Positions 1 to 18,150 are shown, counted from the first letter of the stretch. The stretch is DNA of 64,000 bases from Octopus vulgaris (GCA_951406725.2 OX597827.1:73160001-73224000); one strand, 5' to 3'. Notes: generated from the sequence alone by a model not told the origin. Numbers and translations: made by a program.

Positions 1-77
1 TGGATGCTGAAAAATACCTCACCATGTTGCAAGATGGAATCTGGCCAGTTCAATATTCTCTCAAGAACGCAGCTTGA
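1..77 (+). pseudogene. Possible Tc1/mariner-type transposase remnant
   Basis: Frame from nt 3 reads DAEKYLTMLQDGIWPV, resembling the Y..ML....P segment of Tc1/mariner-type transposases; short and truncated by the window edge. Confidence 0.3.
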
Positions 78-1078
78 ATAACGGACAAAGTCAACGACTA
101 TTGGAAAGGTTGCAAGACGCAACGAAATTTTAGAAAAAATAAGTAAGTAAATGAGTGAAAAACAGAATCAGTCAGTATGTTAAATAATAAGGCACTAAAA
201 GAGAATAACTTTCCCCAGACACAATAAAATATGCTTCAACACACGAATTCACATAAAGAATCTTGCAGACCAAATAACAAAAACGATATGCTTTATTGGA
301 ACGTTCACCTGTGGACCGACAATAAATTAGAGACGCTAATTATATATGTATAATTACACGTATACATGTATATGTTTGTATGTAATGACGCACATGCACG
401 CATACGCCCGTATATCCAGCTTAATTATGTGAAATTGTTTGGGCAGCTTTAAATTTTCCCACAGTTTTTTCAGTTTTTCTCCGTGGTTACGTGGGCGATG
501 TTCTTGCACTTTAATGAGTATTAATAGAGGTAGTCGCAGTAGTGCTAATCATAGCGGTAATAGTGGTTGGTTCTTTGTTTATTTTCAGATAATTCCTTAC
601 TTGACAAACCTATGCCCCACCCCCTTCTCGCACCCACGCCCACTAAATATTCCAACTGTGATTATTCGGTGCATCTTGAGACAAAAATAGATTCTCTACG
701 TGGTCACACGACTAACTAGGAAGAAAAACCAAATCTCATTGAAATCACGTCCTATATTCTTAGAAAAAAAATGGAACAAGGAACAACATTGGATAATGAG
801 ATCCTGGGGTTCCGGCACATGGATAAAAGACGGGAATGCCACGGCTGAGTGCTCATCCATCGTAGATCTGTTTAATCAGAGCTGACCTGATCCAGAGCTA
901 ACAACAACAACAATAATAACAGTAGCAGCAGCAGCAGCAGCAAAACGCTAACCTTCTCTCTCTGGCTTTGTTTATCGTGGATTACATTCTCCAATGTGTC
1001 CTCTTTCTCAGTAGAGGGTAATGTGAATGAGATATGGTCCCTACATCTACAAAGTCGAACGACCACGTAAAAACACCT

Positions 1079-1176
<98 letters not shown>

Positions 1177-1570
1177 ATGGTGGTGGTGGTGTGTCCTGGA
1201 TAAGTCTTTAAACTGCATCCAGAAGTGGTGCCATAAATCAGAATTTGCAAGGTTTTGAGGAGTGCGAGAAACCTTTTAGCCACCATTGTTCCCACGTCTG
1301 CTCCTGTGCTCTGTAGTGACGCCAGTCAGGGCCCCATCTATGGATTAATTAGCGTGTGATGGAAAAAGATCTTAGCACAAACCCTCACCGCCTTGTGAGC
1401 GCCTTGGGAGAAGAGAAAGGCTTAGGGTGTCAACCACGACAGCAAATCAAGGAACGGAGCCCCACAGTTGTCTGGGGCCATCCTTGATACATTTCGGGGG
1501 TAGGTGGAGATCTGGAAAGTAATTCAATGAGGTGAAGGTCACTCCAGTACAAAAAACCAAGCTTCTCATC

Positions 1571-1809
1571 TTTTGGGCCGCTGAGCTGTTTAAATCTAAA
1601 GAGTGAGATCGGATTTCACGGAGCCATCTTCACTTAAAAACTACTAAGTCCAAGCAGGAACAAATGTCCTGCAGTAATAAAAATCGGTTTTTTGGGCCGC
1701 TGAGCTGTTTAAATCTAAAGAGTGAGATCGGATTTCACGGAGCCATCTTCACTTAAAAACTACTAAGTCCAAGCAGGAACAAATGTCCTGCAGTAATAAA
1801 AATCGGTTT
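1571..1809. repeat. Perfect 119-bp tandem duplication
   Basis: ttttgggccgctgagc...aataaaaatcggttt occurs at 1571 and again at 1690. Confidence 0.95.
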
Positions 1810-2008
1810 ACATAACCACTTGAAGTCGCGCCACCTTTCCTGATGGAAGGACACACACACAACCCCCCCTACCATCTGTAGTATTATTATAAGTATTAGT
1901 AGTGGTGGTGTGAAGGCGCGTGGGAAAGTAGTTAAGGCATCCGGGTCAGGATCGTAAAGTCGTGAGTTCAATACGATGCGTTGTATCCTTGAAAAAGACA
2001 CTTTGATT

Positions 2009-2079
<71 letters not shown>

Positions 2080-2093
2080 TGTGTATATGTATG

Positions 2094-2420
2094 TGAAGGC
2101 AGGTGGCTTAGAGGGTAGGGCATTCGGCTCATGATCATAAGGTCGTGACTTCAATTCCCGGCGACGCGTTGTGTCCTTGAGCAAGACACTTTATTTCACG
2201 TTGCTCCAGTCCACTCAGCTGGCAAAAAATGAGTTATCCCTCTATTTCAAAGGGGCCAGTCTTGTCACACTCTGTGTCATGCTGAATCTCCCTGAGAACT
2301 ACGTTAAGGGTACACGTGTCTGTGGAGTACTCAGCCACTTGCACGTTAATTTCACGAGCAAGCTTGTTCTGTTGATCGGATCAGTTGGGACCCTTGTCGT
2401 CGTAACCAATAGAGTGCTCC
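2094..2420 (+). mobile_element. tRNA-derived SINE, family C (near full length); partial copies at ~1911-2008, ~2701-2815, ~33060-33270
   Basis: A-box-like tggcttagagg, B-box-like gacttcaattcc, central gtgtccttgagcaagacacttta; matches other copies in the window. Confidence 0.8.
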
Positions 2421-2454
2421 CTTAAAGTAGTGGTGGTGGTACTACTACTACTAT

Positions 2455-2516
<62 letters not shown>

Positions 2517-2540
2517 GTGCTGCTGCTGCTACTACTGCTG

Positions 2541-2608
<68 letters not shown>

Positions 2609-3223
2609 GCAACAGCATTAGTATTGTTTCCTATCTGTTTCGTTGCTATCATAGTGGTCGTTGTTGTCATTGTTATAGTTGCTGTATCGTCCCAGTTTGG
2701 TGAAGACGCGTGGCTGAGTGGTTAAAGCATTCGGCTCACGGTCATAACATCGTAAGTTCGATTTCCGTAGGCAAGAACCTTATTTCACGTTGCTACAGTT
2801 CACTCAACTGACAAAACCCCAGAAAATGCAAGGTAATTTTTCGATAGGTGGCAGTGGAGAGGATGTGCCATTCAGAAAGTTCCTTATCAATAAAAAAAAA
2901 GAGGTATTATGTGATATGAGGGAAAGATTTGCCCGCTATTCCTACCATGAGAAGGGTAAACTACTAATTGTCTTCCTTTCTTCCTCCTTTTTCTTCATCA
3001 TCATCATTACTATCATCATGATCATGATCATGATCCTGATCATCATCTTCTTCTTCTTCTTCTTCTTCTTCTTCTTCTTCTTCTTCTTCTTCTTCTTCTT
3101 CTTCTTCTTCTTCTTCTTCTTCTTCCACGAATCCAGATATATGCCCCAAGGAAATATTTTACAACAGCATCTGGGTTTTTGTTTTAATGAAAACGGAAAA
3201 AGAAAAAAAGAGAGAAAAACAAA

Positions 3224-3267
<44 letters not shown>

Positions 3268-3282
3268 AAGAAAGTGAAAGGC

Positions 3283-3332
<50 letters not shown>

Positions 3333-3607
3333 GCAAAAAGAATAAGAGTAAAAAAAAAGTTGAAAAACAGAAAGTGAGAAAGAGATACAGGGAAAAAAGA
3401 GAGGGAATAGGACGAGGAGAAATACAGAGAAAGAGAGAGGAAAATGCTAGGAGTAAAGATGGCTGAGAAATATATTTCCTTACAATTAGATTGGAGAGAA
3501 GAAAACCCACTCAACTGAGTCATTGTATGTTTCTATGCAGAACATTCTTTTTCTGTCCATCTTTATTCAAAGTAGCTGCAGTCCAATGAATGGACAGTTT
3601 AAATGTT

Positions 3608-3697
<90 letters not shown>

Positions 3698-3701
3698 AAC
3701 A

Positions 3702-3752
<51 letters not shown>

Positions 3753-3896
3753 GTAACTTAGCGGTTCGGCAAAAGAGACCGATAGAATAAGTACTAGGCT
3801 TACAAAGAATAAGTTCTGGGGTCGATTTGCTCGACTAAAGGCGGTGCTCCAGCATGGCCGCAGTCATATGACTGAAACAAGTAAAAGAGTAAAAGA

Positions 3897-3897
<1 letters not shown>
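3753..3897 (+). mobile_element. SINE family A, 3' half
   Basis: gtaacttagcggttcggcaaaagagaccg...gactgaaacaagtaaaagag is shared with >12 copies in the window. Confidence 0.9.
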
Positions 3898-3964
<67 letters not shown>

Positions 3965-4004
3965 GTACATGCATACACACACATATATATATGTGCTTCA
4001 GTCA

Positions 4005-4235
4005 CGGCTGACACTGGTTGACGCTGCATCGAAGAGGCCAGGGAACAGAAGAAAGAAGACATGCACCCAACACCGGAGCTGAAGACACATCCGAAAGGAG
4101 GGGCTCTGCCACGTCAAAACGGTAGAGGAGTAGGGGCCGAAACCGGGCGTGGTTCCTCCTGATGATGTCTTGAGCTAACTGGATCCTATAATGGAGCTGT
4201 TGGGGTAGCAGACCACGAAACACGGTTGTAATTCC
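4005..4235 (-). mobile_element. Possible Gypsy LTR retrotransposon integrase C-terminal relic
   Basis: Minus frame LHYRIQLAQDIIRRNHARFRP resembles the SY.V...G...RRNR.HL motif downstream of Gypsy integrases. Confidence 0.35.
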
Positions 4236-5227
4236 TCCTGTATATATAATTATAGACTACACATACATGAATGCACACACACATACACATGTACATATGT
4301 TTATATGTATGCACCTATGTGTGTGTGCATGTGTAGGCTATAATGCTATCTCATTCATTATCGTCAATTTTACAAACAGTTTTTATTAATTACAGAAGTC
4401 AGTGTTAAAGAGAGTATTTCTTATGGCTAGATACTCTTCCTATCCTCAAACCTCACTTCTTTACAAATAAGGTATATTGCCCCAACGGCCAGACTTTGCA
4501 AAATATTGGAAAGAAGCGACATTTGTTTCTAACAATTACGTAATGAGATGAGAGACTAACGTACAAAAACAACAGGCTTCATTCAGTGAAATTATGTATT
4601 TCACTCATGTTAGTTAAATTCATTTCAATCGCGCTTCGCTTTGGAAAATTTTTTACAAGGCTTGAACTTCCATTATAGTAGTATCTATGGAAGACCGGTG
4701 GGATAATTATTTATATGAACTTAAAGATTGATCGCAATATAGCATATAATTTAGTTATGGCAGTTTACTATTAATACCGATACAATGTACATTGGTTTAT
4801 ATGTCTCTTGTTGTTGTTTTAGTAAAGTTTACTCCTGTTTATATATTGATTAATTGGAATTATGAGGTTATTAAGCTTTTACTTTTATATTGCACTACGG
4901 AAGACGGTAGGGATTATAATTGTGTATGGCTTAATAGAGTTGTCGCTGTTTAGTTAGGTATTTAAGAGTGCTTGTAATTTGATTATGGAATTTATTTATT
5001 GATACGGTTGTACATTGGGTAAATGTGTTTGAAAGTTGTGGTTTCTTTGGTTTGTTTGTTCAAAAACAACACTTATTTTAGTGCTATTGTCATTGCCGGA
5101 TTGACTGGTACTGCCGAAGGGTCGAAACCATAATGATATCCGTGGGGCAGCTGATGATGGAGGTATGTTGGATTGTTGGTATGGCTGGGGAATAGTATTA
5201 TAACACATCATTTTCATATATATATAC

Positions 5228-5310
<83 letters not shown>

Positions 5311-5463
5311 ATAAAATACAAAATGGGACAAGAACGCAAAACGGGACAATAAAACATCCAGATAGACGATACAAAAAAACCCCAAAAAAACACGGACGGG
5401 TCATTCGAAATTTTTATCTTCAGTCAAGAACCGGATCATCCTCGCAATTTCGGCTGAATAGGC
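5311..5463 (-). mobile_element. PLE-like terminal fragment between (TA)n tracts (same family as 31881-32001, 54193-54516, 55300-55656)
   Basis: aaaatgggacaagaacgc...tcttcagtcaagaaccggatcatc...tttcggctga is shared among copies; abuts (TA)n. Confidence 0.6.
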
Positions 5464-5666
5464 ATATATATATACGCTTAAGTAAGGAGTATAGTATAAT
5501 TATTTAGTGTAAATATAAGTAACAGAAAAATATTAATATAAGAACAAGAATTGATGTAATTGTATTGTTCAATTAAATGGACTCACCGTATTACTACTTG
5601 ATATCCTGTTACTTATTTTGATATTATTCAATTTACTTCGAGCTGTGTGGATTCTACCGGTGTATC

Positions 5667-5715
<49 letters not shown>

Positions 5716-5770
5716 GCTCTCACACACACACACACGCACATGCACACACACATATATATATACATATATA

Positions 5771-5930
5771 CGACGGGCTTTTTTCAGTTTCCGTCTACCA
5801 AATCCACTCACAAGGTTTGGTCGGCCCGAGGCTATAGCAGAAGACACTTGCCCAAGGTGCCACGAAGTGGTATTGAACCCAGAACCATGGGGTTTGTATG
5901 CAAGCTACTTACCACACAGTCACTCCTACG
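5771..5930 (-). mobile_element. SINE family A, 5' half
   Basis: Reverse complement of the tRNA-like head and ccttgggcaagtgtctt core. Confidence 0.9.
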
Positions 5931-6927
5931 TCAACAGATATATATATATATATGTATGTATATATATATATATATATATATACATATGTAATATATATGT
6001 GCGTGTATGTGTGCGTGTGTGTGTGTGTGTGTGCGTGCGTGTGTGTGTGTGTGTGTGTGCGTGTAAGAAGCGTTACTTCTCCGTTGCATGAAGTAGCTTC
6101 AGCTGTAAGAAACGTGATCGCTGCTGCAATGACGAGTAGGCCTTGTACCCCACGTGCGAGACTGAAAGATGATTACTAAACAAGAAGAGTCAACCTCCGA
6201 CGCACATCCGAATTTGGAGAAGGGACATGTGTAGTGAGAACGTGAAGGAAAACGAGAGGTAGAGAGAGAGAAAGGAAGAAAGAAAGAGAGAGAGAGAACA
6301 TTGATGTTAATACATACACGCATACACCACGCTTAACGCACAGAACATTGCAGTTAACGTGCCTGCATGTATATATATATTTATAAACGCTGCTGTTAGT
6401 GTATATATAGGTGTACGCATGCATAGTCATATTGTTGTTTATACGCACGTACACGTTCACGAACGCCTTTGGAAGCATATTGCTTTAATGGCCCACAGAC
6501 AGACACGCATGCGCACACACAAGCACAAATGTGTTGGTGTTAACACACATGCACATAGCCACTCACAGGTTCCTACAAAAACACATCAACCCTTTATTGT
6601 TAATAATGAAGGTCTAGGAAACTGGATCTTCGTCAGTTTCTACGAAGCGTAATCCAATTGTTCGACCAACGAGACTACTAAAATCATTGTATATGTGGCT
6701 GAATATACTTCAGACGTAAACGATTTATGTATTTCTGAGACAGAATTAGTACGACACGGGGTGTACCAACGCGGTCCCTCCGAAGTACAAGTGCATGGTT
6801 CACGCCAAAATACACAACTCAAAAATACATGCGCCACAATGAACCACACTGCTTGACACTGCCCTGTACTATAGGCGGACGAAATGTCGCTAAGCAATTT
6901 CCTCGGTGTCCTACCAGGACGCCGCTT

Positions 6928-6979
<52 letters not shown>

Positions 6980-6980
6980 G

Positions 6981-7033
<53 letters not shown>

Positions 7034-8091
7034 TATTATTATTACTATTATTATCATCATTATATGCGGAAAATAGAAACTGAAAGTTCTTATGATTCCA
7101 CTCAACCGTTCCGGTTCATATAAGAATTTTCTTTCATTTGTTTGATAAATATTTTCCGAAAGATCATTGATATTATATGACTCTTCGATACGCGCAAAGC
7201 TAAACTATGTTTTAGATGAAGACATAATTTTCCCACAGAAACAGCAAATATTATTAGAATATAGAAACAAATAACAGCCAAAAAAAACCAAAAAAAAAAA
7301 CGTAGACTTTTTTCCTTATTTAATCTTTCTCGATAATGAAATTCCCTAATTGTCCTTTAAAAACATCATGGCTTTAGGATATCATTTCTTTTTTGAAGTC
7401 ACAGCTAATTCATTTTGTAAAGATTATATTGGTTAGACTAAAAATTGTTTTATAATTAGATCTCACCAACATAGATACAATTTAAGAAATCTTGAAAGGC
7501 GGCCTGATACAACGTTATCTAAATATATCTGTTGTGTTAAAATATAAAAACGCTAATATCACTATAATATATGAGAACATACCAAAAATATTCATAGTAT
7601 AATAATGGTTTTAAATTTTGGTAAAGGGCCAGCATTTTTTAGGAGCGGGAGTGTTTAACTGGTACTTTTATAATCGACCCTGAAAGAATGAAAGCACAAG
7701 TCAACTTCGTCGGAATTTGAACTCAGAACATAAAGAGGAACATTAAGCATTTTATATATATATATTAGTCCTGGGGTCGATTTGCTCGACTAAAGGCGGT
7801 GCCCCAGCATGGCCACAGTCAAATGACTGAAACAAGTAAAAGAGTAAAATAGTATACTAATAATTCCTCGCTGGCGAGATTAAAAGTGTTATTAGATGAA
7901 AAGGCAAAAGTGGAGTTGCATTAGTATAATTGGTTGGTCGACTTTCCGCGTGGCAGAAGATACATTCTTGGAGTCCGCTGATAATTTTCCATATTCTTTT
8001 TAGTCAAGGGTCTTCTTAACCAGTATATACTACATACTAGTAATTATAATTATAGGTGAATTCGTTTCAAAATCCACCTGCATTTCAAGTA

Positions 8092-8517
8092 ATTCTTTTA
8101 TTCTTTTATTCTTTTACATGTTTCAGTCATTTGACTATGGCCGTGCTGGAGCACCGGTTTTAGTCGAGCAAATTGACCCCAGGACTTATTCTTTGGAAGC
8201 CTAGTACTTATACTATGGGTCTATTTTTGCCGAACCGCTTAGTTACAGGGACGTAAACACACCAGCATCGGTTGTCAAGCGATGGCGGGGGGACAATACA
8301 CAAACACACACAAAAACATATGCACACATACACATACACACACACACGCACACAAACATATACGACAAGCTTCTTTTCGTTTCCGTTTACCAAATCCACT
8401 CACAAGGCTTTGGTCGGCCCGAAGCTATAGTGGAAGAAACTTGCCCAAGGTGCCACGCAGTGGGACTGAACCCAGAACCATGTGGTTTGTAAGCTACTTA
8501 CCCCACAGCCACTCCTG
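8092..8517 (-). mobile_element. SINE family A, full length
   Basis: Head, internal (TA/TG)n and aaaagaataaaagaa tail on the minus strand. Confidence 0.9.
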
Positions 8518-9258
8518 TGATATATTGACACGCCCCATTCTGTTATTTGGATTCTATTAGAAAAGCAGGGTTTTTAATAGGATAAAATAAGCACCAGTTA
8601 AGCAGTGGGGTCGATAAAATTGCTGCTTGTTCCAATATAACAAAAAAAAAAAACTAAGCAAAAGTCCATTATATTTCTCCCTATACTTTATTCATTTTCA
8701 AAATGTAATATTTTTCCGAAAACTAACTCTCACGTGAAACGCGCGCGTATTTATTATCTGATCTTCCAGGAGGTCAAAAATATTTTTAAAAGGACAAAGG
8801 AAAAAGCACCGAACAAAACAAAGTCCTCAGCCACAGATATTTTTATGATCTTGTGGTATAAATCATATTTTGACTTCAATTAAGCTTCACGTATCATGCT
8901 TTGTTCCGAAATTAACTGGGGAACGCAGCACGCGGCTGGAATGTGTTTTCCGTGAAACACACGTAATGGGAAAACTATAAGATAAGACCACAAGTGCAGC
9001 CATTATGTTCTGAACAAGTTTTGGACGACGTCTAAATTGAATTAGATGGGAAAATTTGAAGCATATATAGATGCACACGCGCACACACATACACACACAT
9101 ATATAAACGCAGACACACACTCTCTTTCTCTCATACTGACATAGGCATAGACAGACATACATACACACATATTGACATACATATGCACATATATAATTGT
9201 TTAATCATATACGTATATTTTATATATATATATATATATATGCATATATATATTTATG

Positions 9259-9295
<37 letters not shown>

Positions 9296-9880
9296 CTATG
9301 TATTTATGTATTTATGCCTCTCTCTATATATATGCATATATTTATATATATATATATATATATAATGTACTTATGCATGTAAATATATACCTTACATACA
9401 CACATACATATATATCCGCACGTATGTATCTGTGTGTGTGTGTGTCAGTGTTTGTATGTGTGTGTGTTTGTGTGTGTCAGTGTGTGTGTGTGTATGCATC
9501 AATGTGTATGTTTGTGTATTCCAAGACGCAATGTTCGACCTCGTTCGATAATGCATTCGAGGCTTATGGACGGGGAACTCCCGTCCCGCTGCAGGCATTG
9601 TATTGTGTTCATGGCAAGGGCAATTAACACAACTTGCCCTGCATTTGTTTTCATGTCAAGAAGTGGATTCTGTTCCCTTGCAAACCTGTTTCTCCATTAC
9701 AGCCAAGACAGACACACGCATGCTCTCTGCATGCATATAATTGTAAGAACAGACAGATGCTACTTGTTATGTACATATACGCGTATACACACTAAAATAT
9801 AATTTCATACACTGATATAAATACATGCACATATATATATATGTATATATATATATTTATTTATATATACACACATAAGT

Positions 9881-9933
<53 letters not shown>

Positions 9934-10077
9934 TAAGTAAAAAAATATATATCTATATATATAGATGTATCTATATGTATGTATTATATATATGTATGTA
10001 TGTATATATATATATATATATGTATGTATATATATACATATATATATATGCATCTCTCTGTCTGTCTGTCTGTCTCT

Positions 10078-10125
<48 letters not shown>

Positions 10126-10593
10126 TGCATAATGCATACATGCGTTTGGTTGTTTATGCTAATAGATTACATTTTTCTTTCCTTGTGTTTGTATGTGTAT
10201 GCAAAAAAGAAAACTACATATGTTGAGGTGTATGTGCATGAATTTATTTGCATGTGTATACAGATATGTGCATAATTGATAGGGACATCCATAATGTACA
10301 CTCGCGCAGGCAAACATGTACACAGGCGCGAATATGTAAGAATTTTGTAAATATACGTGTGGAGACAAATATGCTCACTATGTGTAGGGGCGTATGCATG
10401 TATATCAATGTACAGAGTTGTATATATTTGCATATGAATGTATATTTCTACACATACATACACACACATATACATATATGCATATATATATACATATATA
10501 TATATGTATACATACATATATATATATATATGTGTGTGTGTGTGCAAACGCATACATACACATACATACATACATACATACATACATACATGC

Positions 10594-10662
<69 letters not shown>

Positions 10663-10664
10663 GA

Positions 10665-11045
10665 AAAGCTATGTGCTAAGAAGCTTGGTTCCCAATCACA
10701 CAGCTCCGGGTTCGGTCCCACTGCGTGGCACCTTGGGCAAGCGTTTTCTACTATAGTCTCGGTCCGACCGAAACCTTGTGAGTGGATCTGGGTAGATGGA
10801 AATTGAAAGAAGCCTGTCGTATATATATATATATGTATGTGCGTATTTGTGTGTCTGTGTTTGTCTACCCACCATAATTGGCACACAATGTTGGTGTCCC
10901 CTTCACGTAGCGCTCAGGCAGAAGACACCGATAGAATAAGTTCTGGGCTTGTAAAGAATACGTCACGGCGTCAGGTTGTTCGACTAAAAGGCGGCGCTCG
11001 TGCATGACCGCAGTCAAATGACTAAGACAAGTAAAAGAATATAAA
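10665..11045 (+). mobile_element. SINE family A, diverged full copy
   Basis: gggttcggtcccactgcgtggcaccttgggcaa... through gtcaaatgactaagacaagtaaaagaa. Confidence 0.85.
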
Positions 11046-11062
11046 AAAAAAATAATATACAT

Positions 11063-11468
11063 AGGCGCAGGAGTGGCTGTGTGGTAAGTAGCTTGCTAAC
11101 CAACCACATGGTTCCGGGTTCAGTCCCATTGCGTGGCATTTTGGGCAAGTGTCTTCTACTATAGCCCCGGGCCGACCAATGCCTCGTGAGTGGATTTGAT
11201 AGACGGAAACTGAAAGAAGCCTGTCATATATATGTATATATATATGTATGTGTGTGTTTGTGTGTCTGTGTTTGTCCCCCTAGCATTGCTTGGCAACCGA
11301 TGCTGGTGTGTTTATGTCCCCGTTACTTAGCGGTTCGGCAAAAGAGACCGATAGAATAATTACTGGGGTTACAAAAAGAATAAGTCCCGGAGTCGAGTTG
11401 CTCAATTAAAGGCGGTGCTCCAGCATGGCCGCAGTCAAATGACTGAAACCAGAAAAAGAGTAAAAGAG
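11063..11468 (+). mobile_element. SINE family A, full length
   Basis: ggcgcaggagtggctgtgtggtaag (A box), gggttcagtcc (B box), internal microsatellite, aaaagagtaaaagag tail. Confidence 0.92.
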
Positions 11469-12831
11469 CATATATATATATTCTTATATACCAAAGCACT
11501 TCCAAGTTCACGTTCATAGATATGCTTTCATCTATAGTTACCAACATTGAGACTCACGAACACACTCAAACAGATGCGTGCGTGCGTGCATGTGTGTGCG
11601 GGTGTATGTGGGCGTGTGCGTGTGTATGTGTGTGTGCGAATATTTGTGTGTATAAATAAGCATGGATGTATGCGTATGTACACACGTTTGTCGCCATATG
11701 CACAAATATCCAAAGCACACATATATGCATTTATATATATATATATATGCAGAGAGTGAGAGAGAGAAAGAGAAAGAGAGATAAGAGAAGGGAGAGAGAG
11801 GCGGAGGGAGAGAGAGAGGGAGGGAGAGATAGAGGGAAAGAGAGAGGGAGAGAGAGAGATACGTACGTATATATATGAAATGGAACGTCTGTGTCTATAT
11901 ATATATATATATATACATATATATACATACACACACACATACACACATATATATACACACATACACACAAACATATATATATGCATGTATATATGGTATA
12001 TACATATATACATATATACATACATACATATATATACATATACATATATATATAGATATATATATATATATATACATACATACAGACACACACACATACA
12101 CACTCACACACATACACACACACATATTTATCTGAATATATATTCACACATACATGCATTCATACATATATGTATATGAATATAACTCAACAGGGATTTT
12201 TGTAAACGGAGGCTGTCAATTGCTAGGATTAATCTATGGACACTTGCAGAGAATGCCTCGCCTATTTTCACTCAAAACCTGTTTTTACTTTCACTTTGAT
12301 GTCATCTATGCCACACCCATCTTAGCTTTAATTTCTCACCTTTATTCCATCTCCCTCACTAACGCTTCCCAGAATCTCTTCTGCGCAGTTTTTGGCGAGG
12401 ACACTCATAATTTACTAATATTCTCGTTATTTCTTTGTAGTGTTGCAGTTGTTTTTGTTGTTGTTGTAACCCTTGGTCTGTCCTGATCAAGAAATTTCTC
12501 GATCAAGGCAGTGCCATTCATGCCCACCCTGTATTTCATTCTTAAGATTGCAGTGAAATTATATTGTATTCGTCCTCGGTTTTGCTTTTTTTTTTCTGGA
12601 AAATGACGAATGTGGTTTGAAAGGAATCTCTCTAGCATCTCGCACTTTGTATTCATTTTCATTGTGTCTTTTGTCTTCTGTTACAGCAACAAATGGAATT
12701 CCGTTTGTGGCTGTCTACAAGCAACAGAAGTCAAGTATTTCCCTTAATAATACTTTAAACATTATGAAAAAATGGGAACATTGATTCAGGTATTCCTAGA
12801 TAGCCTTACAGAAGCAAAATGGTCACCACAT

Positions 12832-12856
12832 CACTACTACTACTACTACTACTACT

Positions 12857-12948
<92 letters not shown>

Positions 12949-12964
12949 CACCACCACCACCACA

Positions 12965-13039
<75 letters not shown>

Positions 13040-13049
13040 ACTGCTACTG

Positions 13050-13108
<59 letters not shown>
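12832..13108. repeat. Compound trinucleotide microsatellite (TAC/AAC/CAC/TGC)
   Basis: Read directly from the sequence. Confidence 0.95.
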
Positions 13109-13110
<2 letters not shown>

Positions 13111-13117
13111 ATTTGTA

Positions 13118-14297
13118 CATGAACGCCACAGTACAATTCATCGGAAACACCTCAGAAACCTTTGATATTCGACGTGGGGTGAAACAGGGATGCGTGATAG
13201 AGCCTTCACTTTTCCACATTTACTTCGCTGTCGTGCTGAAGTATGTATTTGGTACGCAAAACGACGGTGTTTGCCATACAGTCGGACGGTAAAGTATTCA
13301 ATTTGTCATGGCTTAATGCGAAGACCAAAACCCGCAGGGTTTACGTCCGGGAGATGCTGTTTGCCGACGACGCGGCTCTAGTGGCACATTCAGAACTGCA
13401 ACTGTAAACAGACGTACTGTACCTTCAGCTTATCAATCAGCCAACAGAAGACCAAGGTAATGAGCCAAGGTGTCTCGGATTCCCACTCCTATCATTACCA
13501 TCGACAACCACTCACTCGATGTGGTCCGTGAGTTTACGTACCTTGACTCAACACTTACGGAAGGCCTCACACTCGTCCAGGAGCTGAACGGGTTAGCAGC
13601 TTCGACCTTCGCCAAACTAGCTCAAAATGTATGGTCAAACGGCAAGCTGACGAGATCCACCAAATCCACAGTCTATAAAGTTTGTGTCCTCAGCACCTTG
13701 CTATACGGCGCTGAGATCTGGTGCCTTTACGCCAAACCAGAGCTCCGCCTGAATGCCTTCTATCTACACAAAGTTCAGAGTATTCTCGGAGTCAAGTGGA
13801 ACGACCATATCACCCACAACGAGACACCCATTTCCGGCTATTAACTACTTCCACACTGCTTCAGCAAAGCCGTCTTCGCTGGCTGGAACACGTGCACCCG
13901 ATGTCTGATGGGAGGTTACCGAAAGATATACTGTATGGGGAGCTAGCCTCCAGCAGACGGGCTCGCTGACGACCACATCTCCGTTTCAGGGATGTGTGCA
14001 AACGTGACATGAAGGCCATGAGTATGAATACCAAAGCCTGGGAGAACATGGCAAAAGACCGTTCTTTCTGGAGACAGACGCTGAGTACCGCCCTGATGGA
14101 AAAAAAAGATCACATTCATCAGACATCAGAGGACAGATGGAGAGGCAGGAACAAACGACCAACCGACCAACCACATTTGCGAACGTTGCTGCTGTGACTG
14201 TCACTAATAGATTGGCCTTGTCAGTTACAAGCGATGCTGCAACGCCAATCCAATCTAAGGGGCAGATCCATAATCTTTCGAGACTAACGGATGCTAA
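13118..14297 (+). mobile_element. RTE-clade LINE, 5'-truncated, degenerate reverse transcriptase and C-terminus
   Basis: GVKQGCVIEPSLF, MLFADDAALVAH, FTYLDS, LLYGAEIW, RLRWLEHV..MSDGRLPKDILYGEL, FRDVCKRDMK across frameshifts and stops. Confidence 0.92.
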
Positions 14298-14576
14298 TCA
14301 TACATCCTGAATTAATAGAAAATAAGGAAAAACTCAGTTATGAGTATTTAAATATAAACTAATAGCGTTATTAAAGTGTTTTTATTTTCATGTTTTCTCT
14401 CTTAGTTAATAAGAAGAATTATCAATAATGTGAACTCTATTCTTATGCTATTGTAATTATACCAATGATATCGCTAAGAGTTTGCTATACTCAAATACAA
14501 TGATTACTCGTGGCAATAATTAATAATTGTATAATTTATAATAAGAATAATTAATGAATGTTAGGGAACAATAATC

Positions 14577-14650
14577 TGGACAGGGGTGGCGAAATCGTCA
14601 AGGGGCAGTTATCCAGCGGCAGTTGTCCAGTGAGCAGCTGTTCTCTTACC
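14577..14650. mobile_element. Possible DNA transposon terminus with tandem GGCAGTTGTCC-like motifs
   Basis: ggggcagttatcc / ggcagttgtcc / agcagctgttc at 15-bp spacing, ending in ttacc. Confidence 0.3.
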
Positions 14651-15129
14651 TGAGAAAATTGACCAAGAAGTATCTGTTCTCAAAAGGAAAGAAAAAAGAG
14701 GTGAACATCGTGTAGTGTTTCCTGACAACCGACAGTGTAATTTTGCTTTTAATCAAATCTTTGTTTTCTGAAAGAATTCTATAAGTTGTTCTTGAATGCG
14801 AAAGAGAACATGAGAACATATGATATTAGCCATAAAGACGTCTGGATGATGACGGTCTTGGTTAAAAAACAAAAACAAAAAAAAAAACAAACAAAAACAG
14901 TAACGCGTATTTATTCAGTCCATGTCTTCCGTTGATTACAAAGCAGGCTTCTTTTCAGTGCTGCTTTCCTCAAGCGTGGAAGGGCGATTAAAGGTTACTC
15001 CAACATTATATGTTAATCATCTAGCCTATTAGATTACAGCATCTGACCGGGCATCTCATAGTAGCAGTCAAAACATAAATACTGATTTCAAGAAATCTTC
15101 TAAAAAAAAAATAAACTCGAAACAGTAGA

Positions 15130-18150
<3,021 letters not shown>

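Noticed and set aside
14650-14673. 24-nt minus-strand micro-exon (cag...gtaaga)
   Set aside because: The donor overlaps a probable transposon end and there is no supporting coding evidence.
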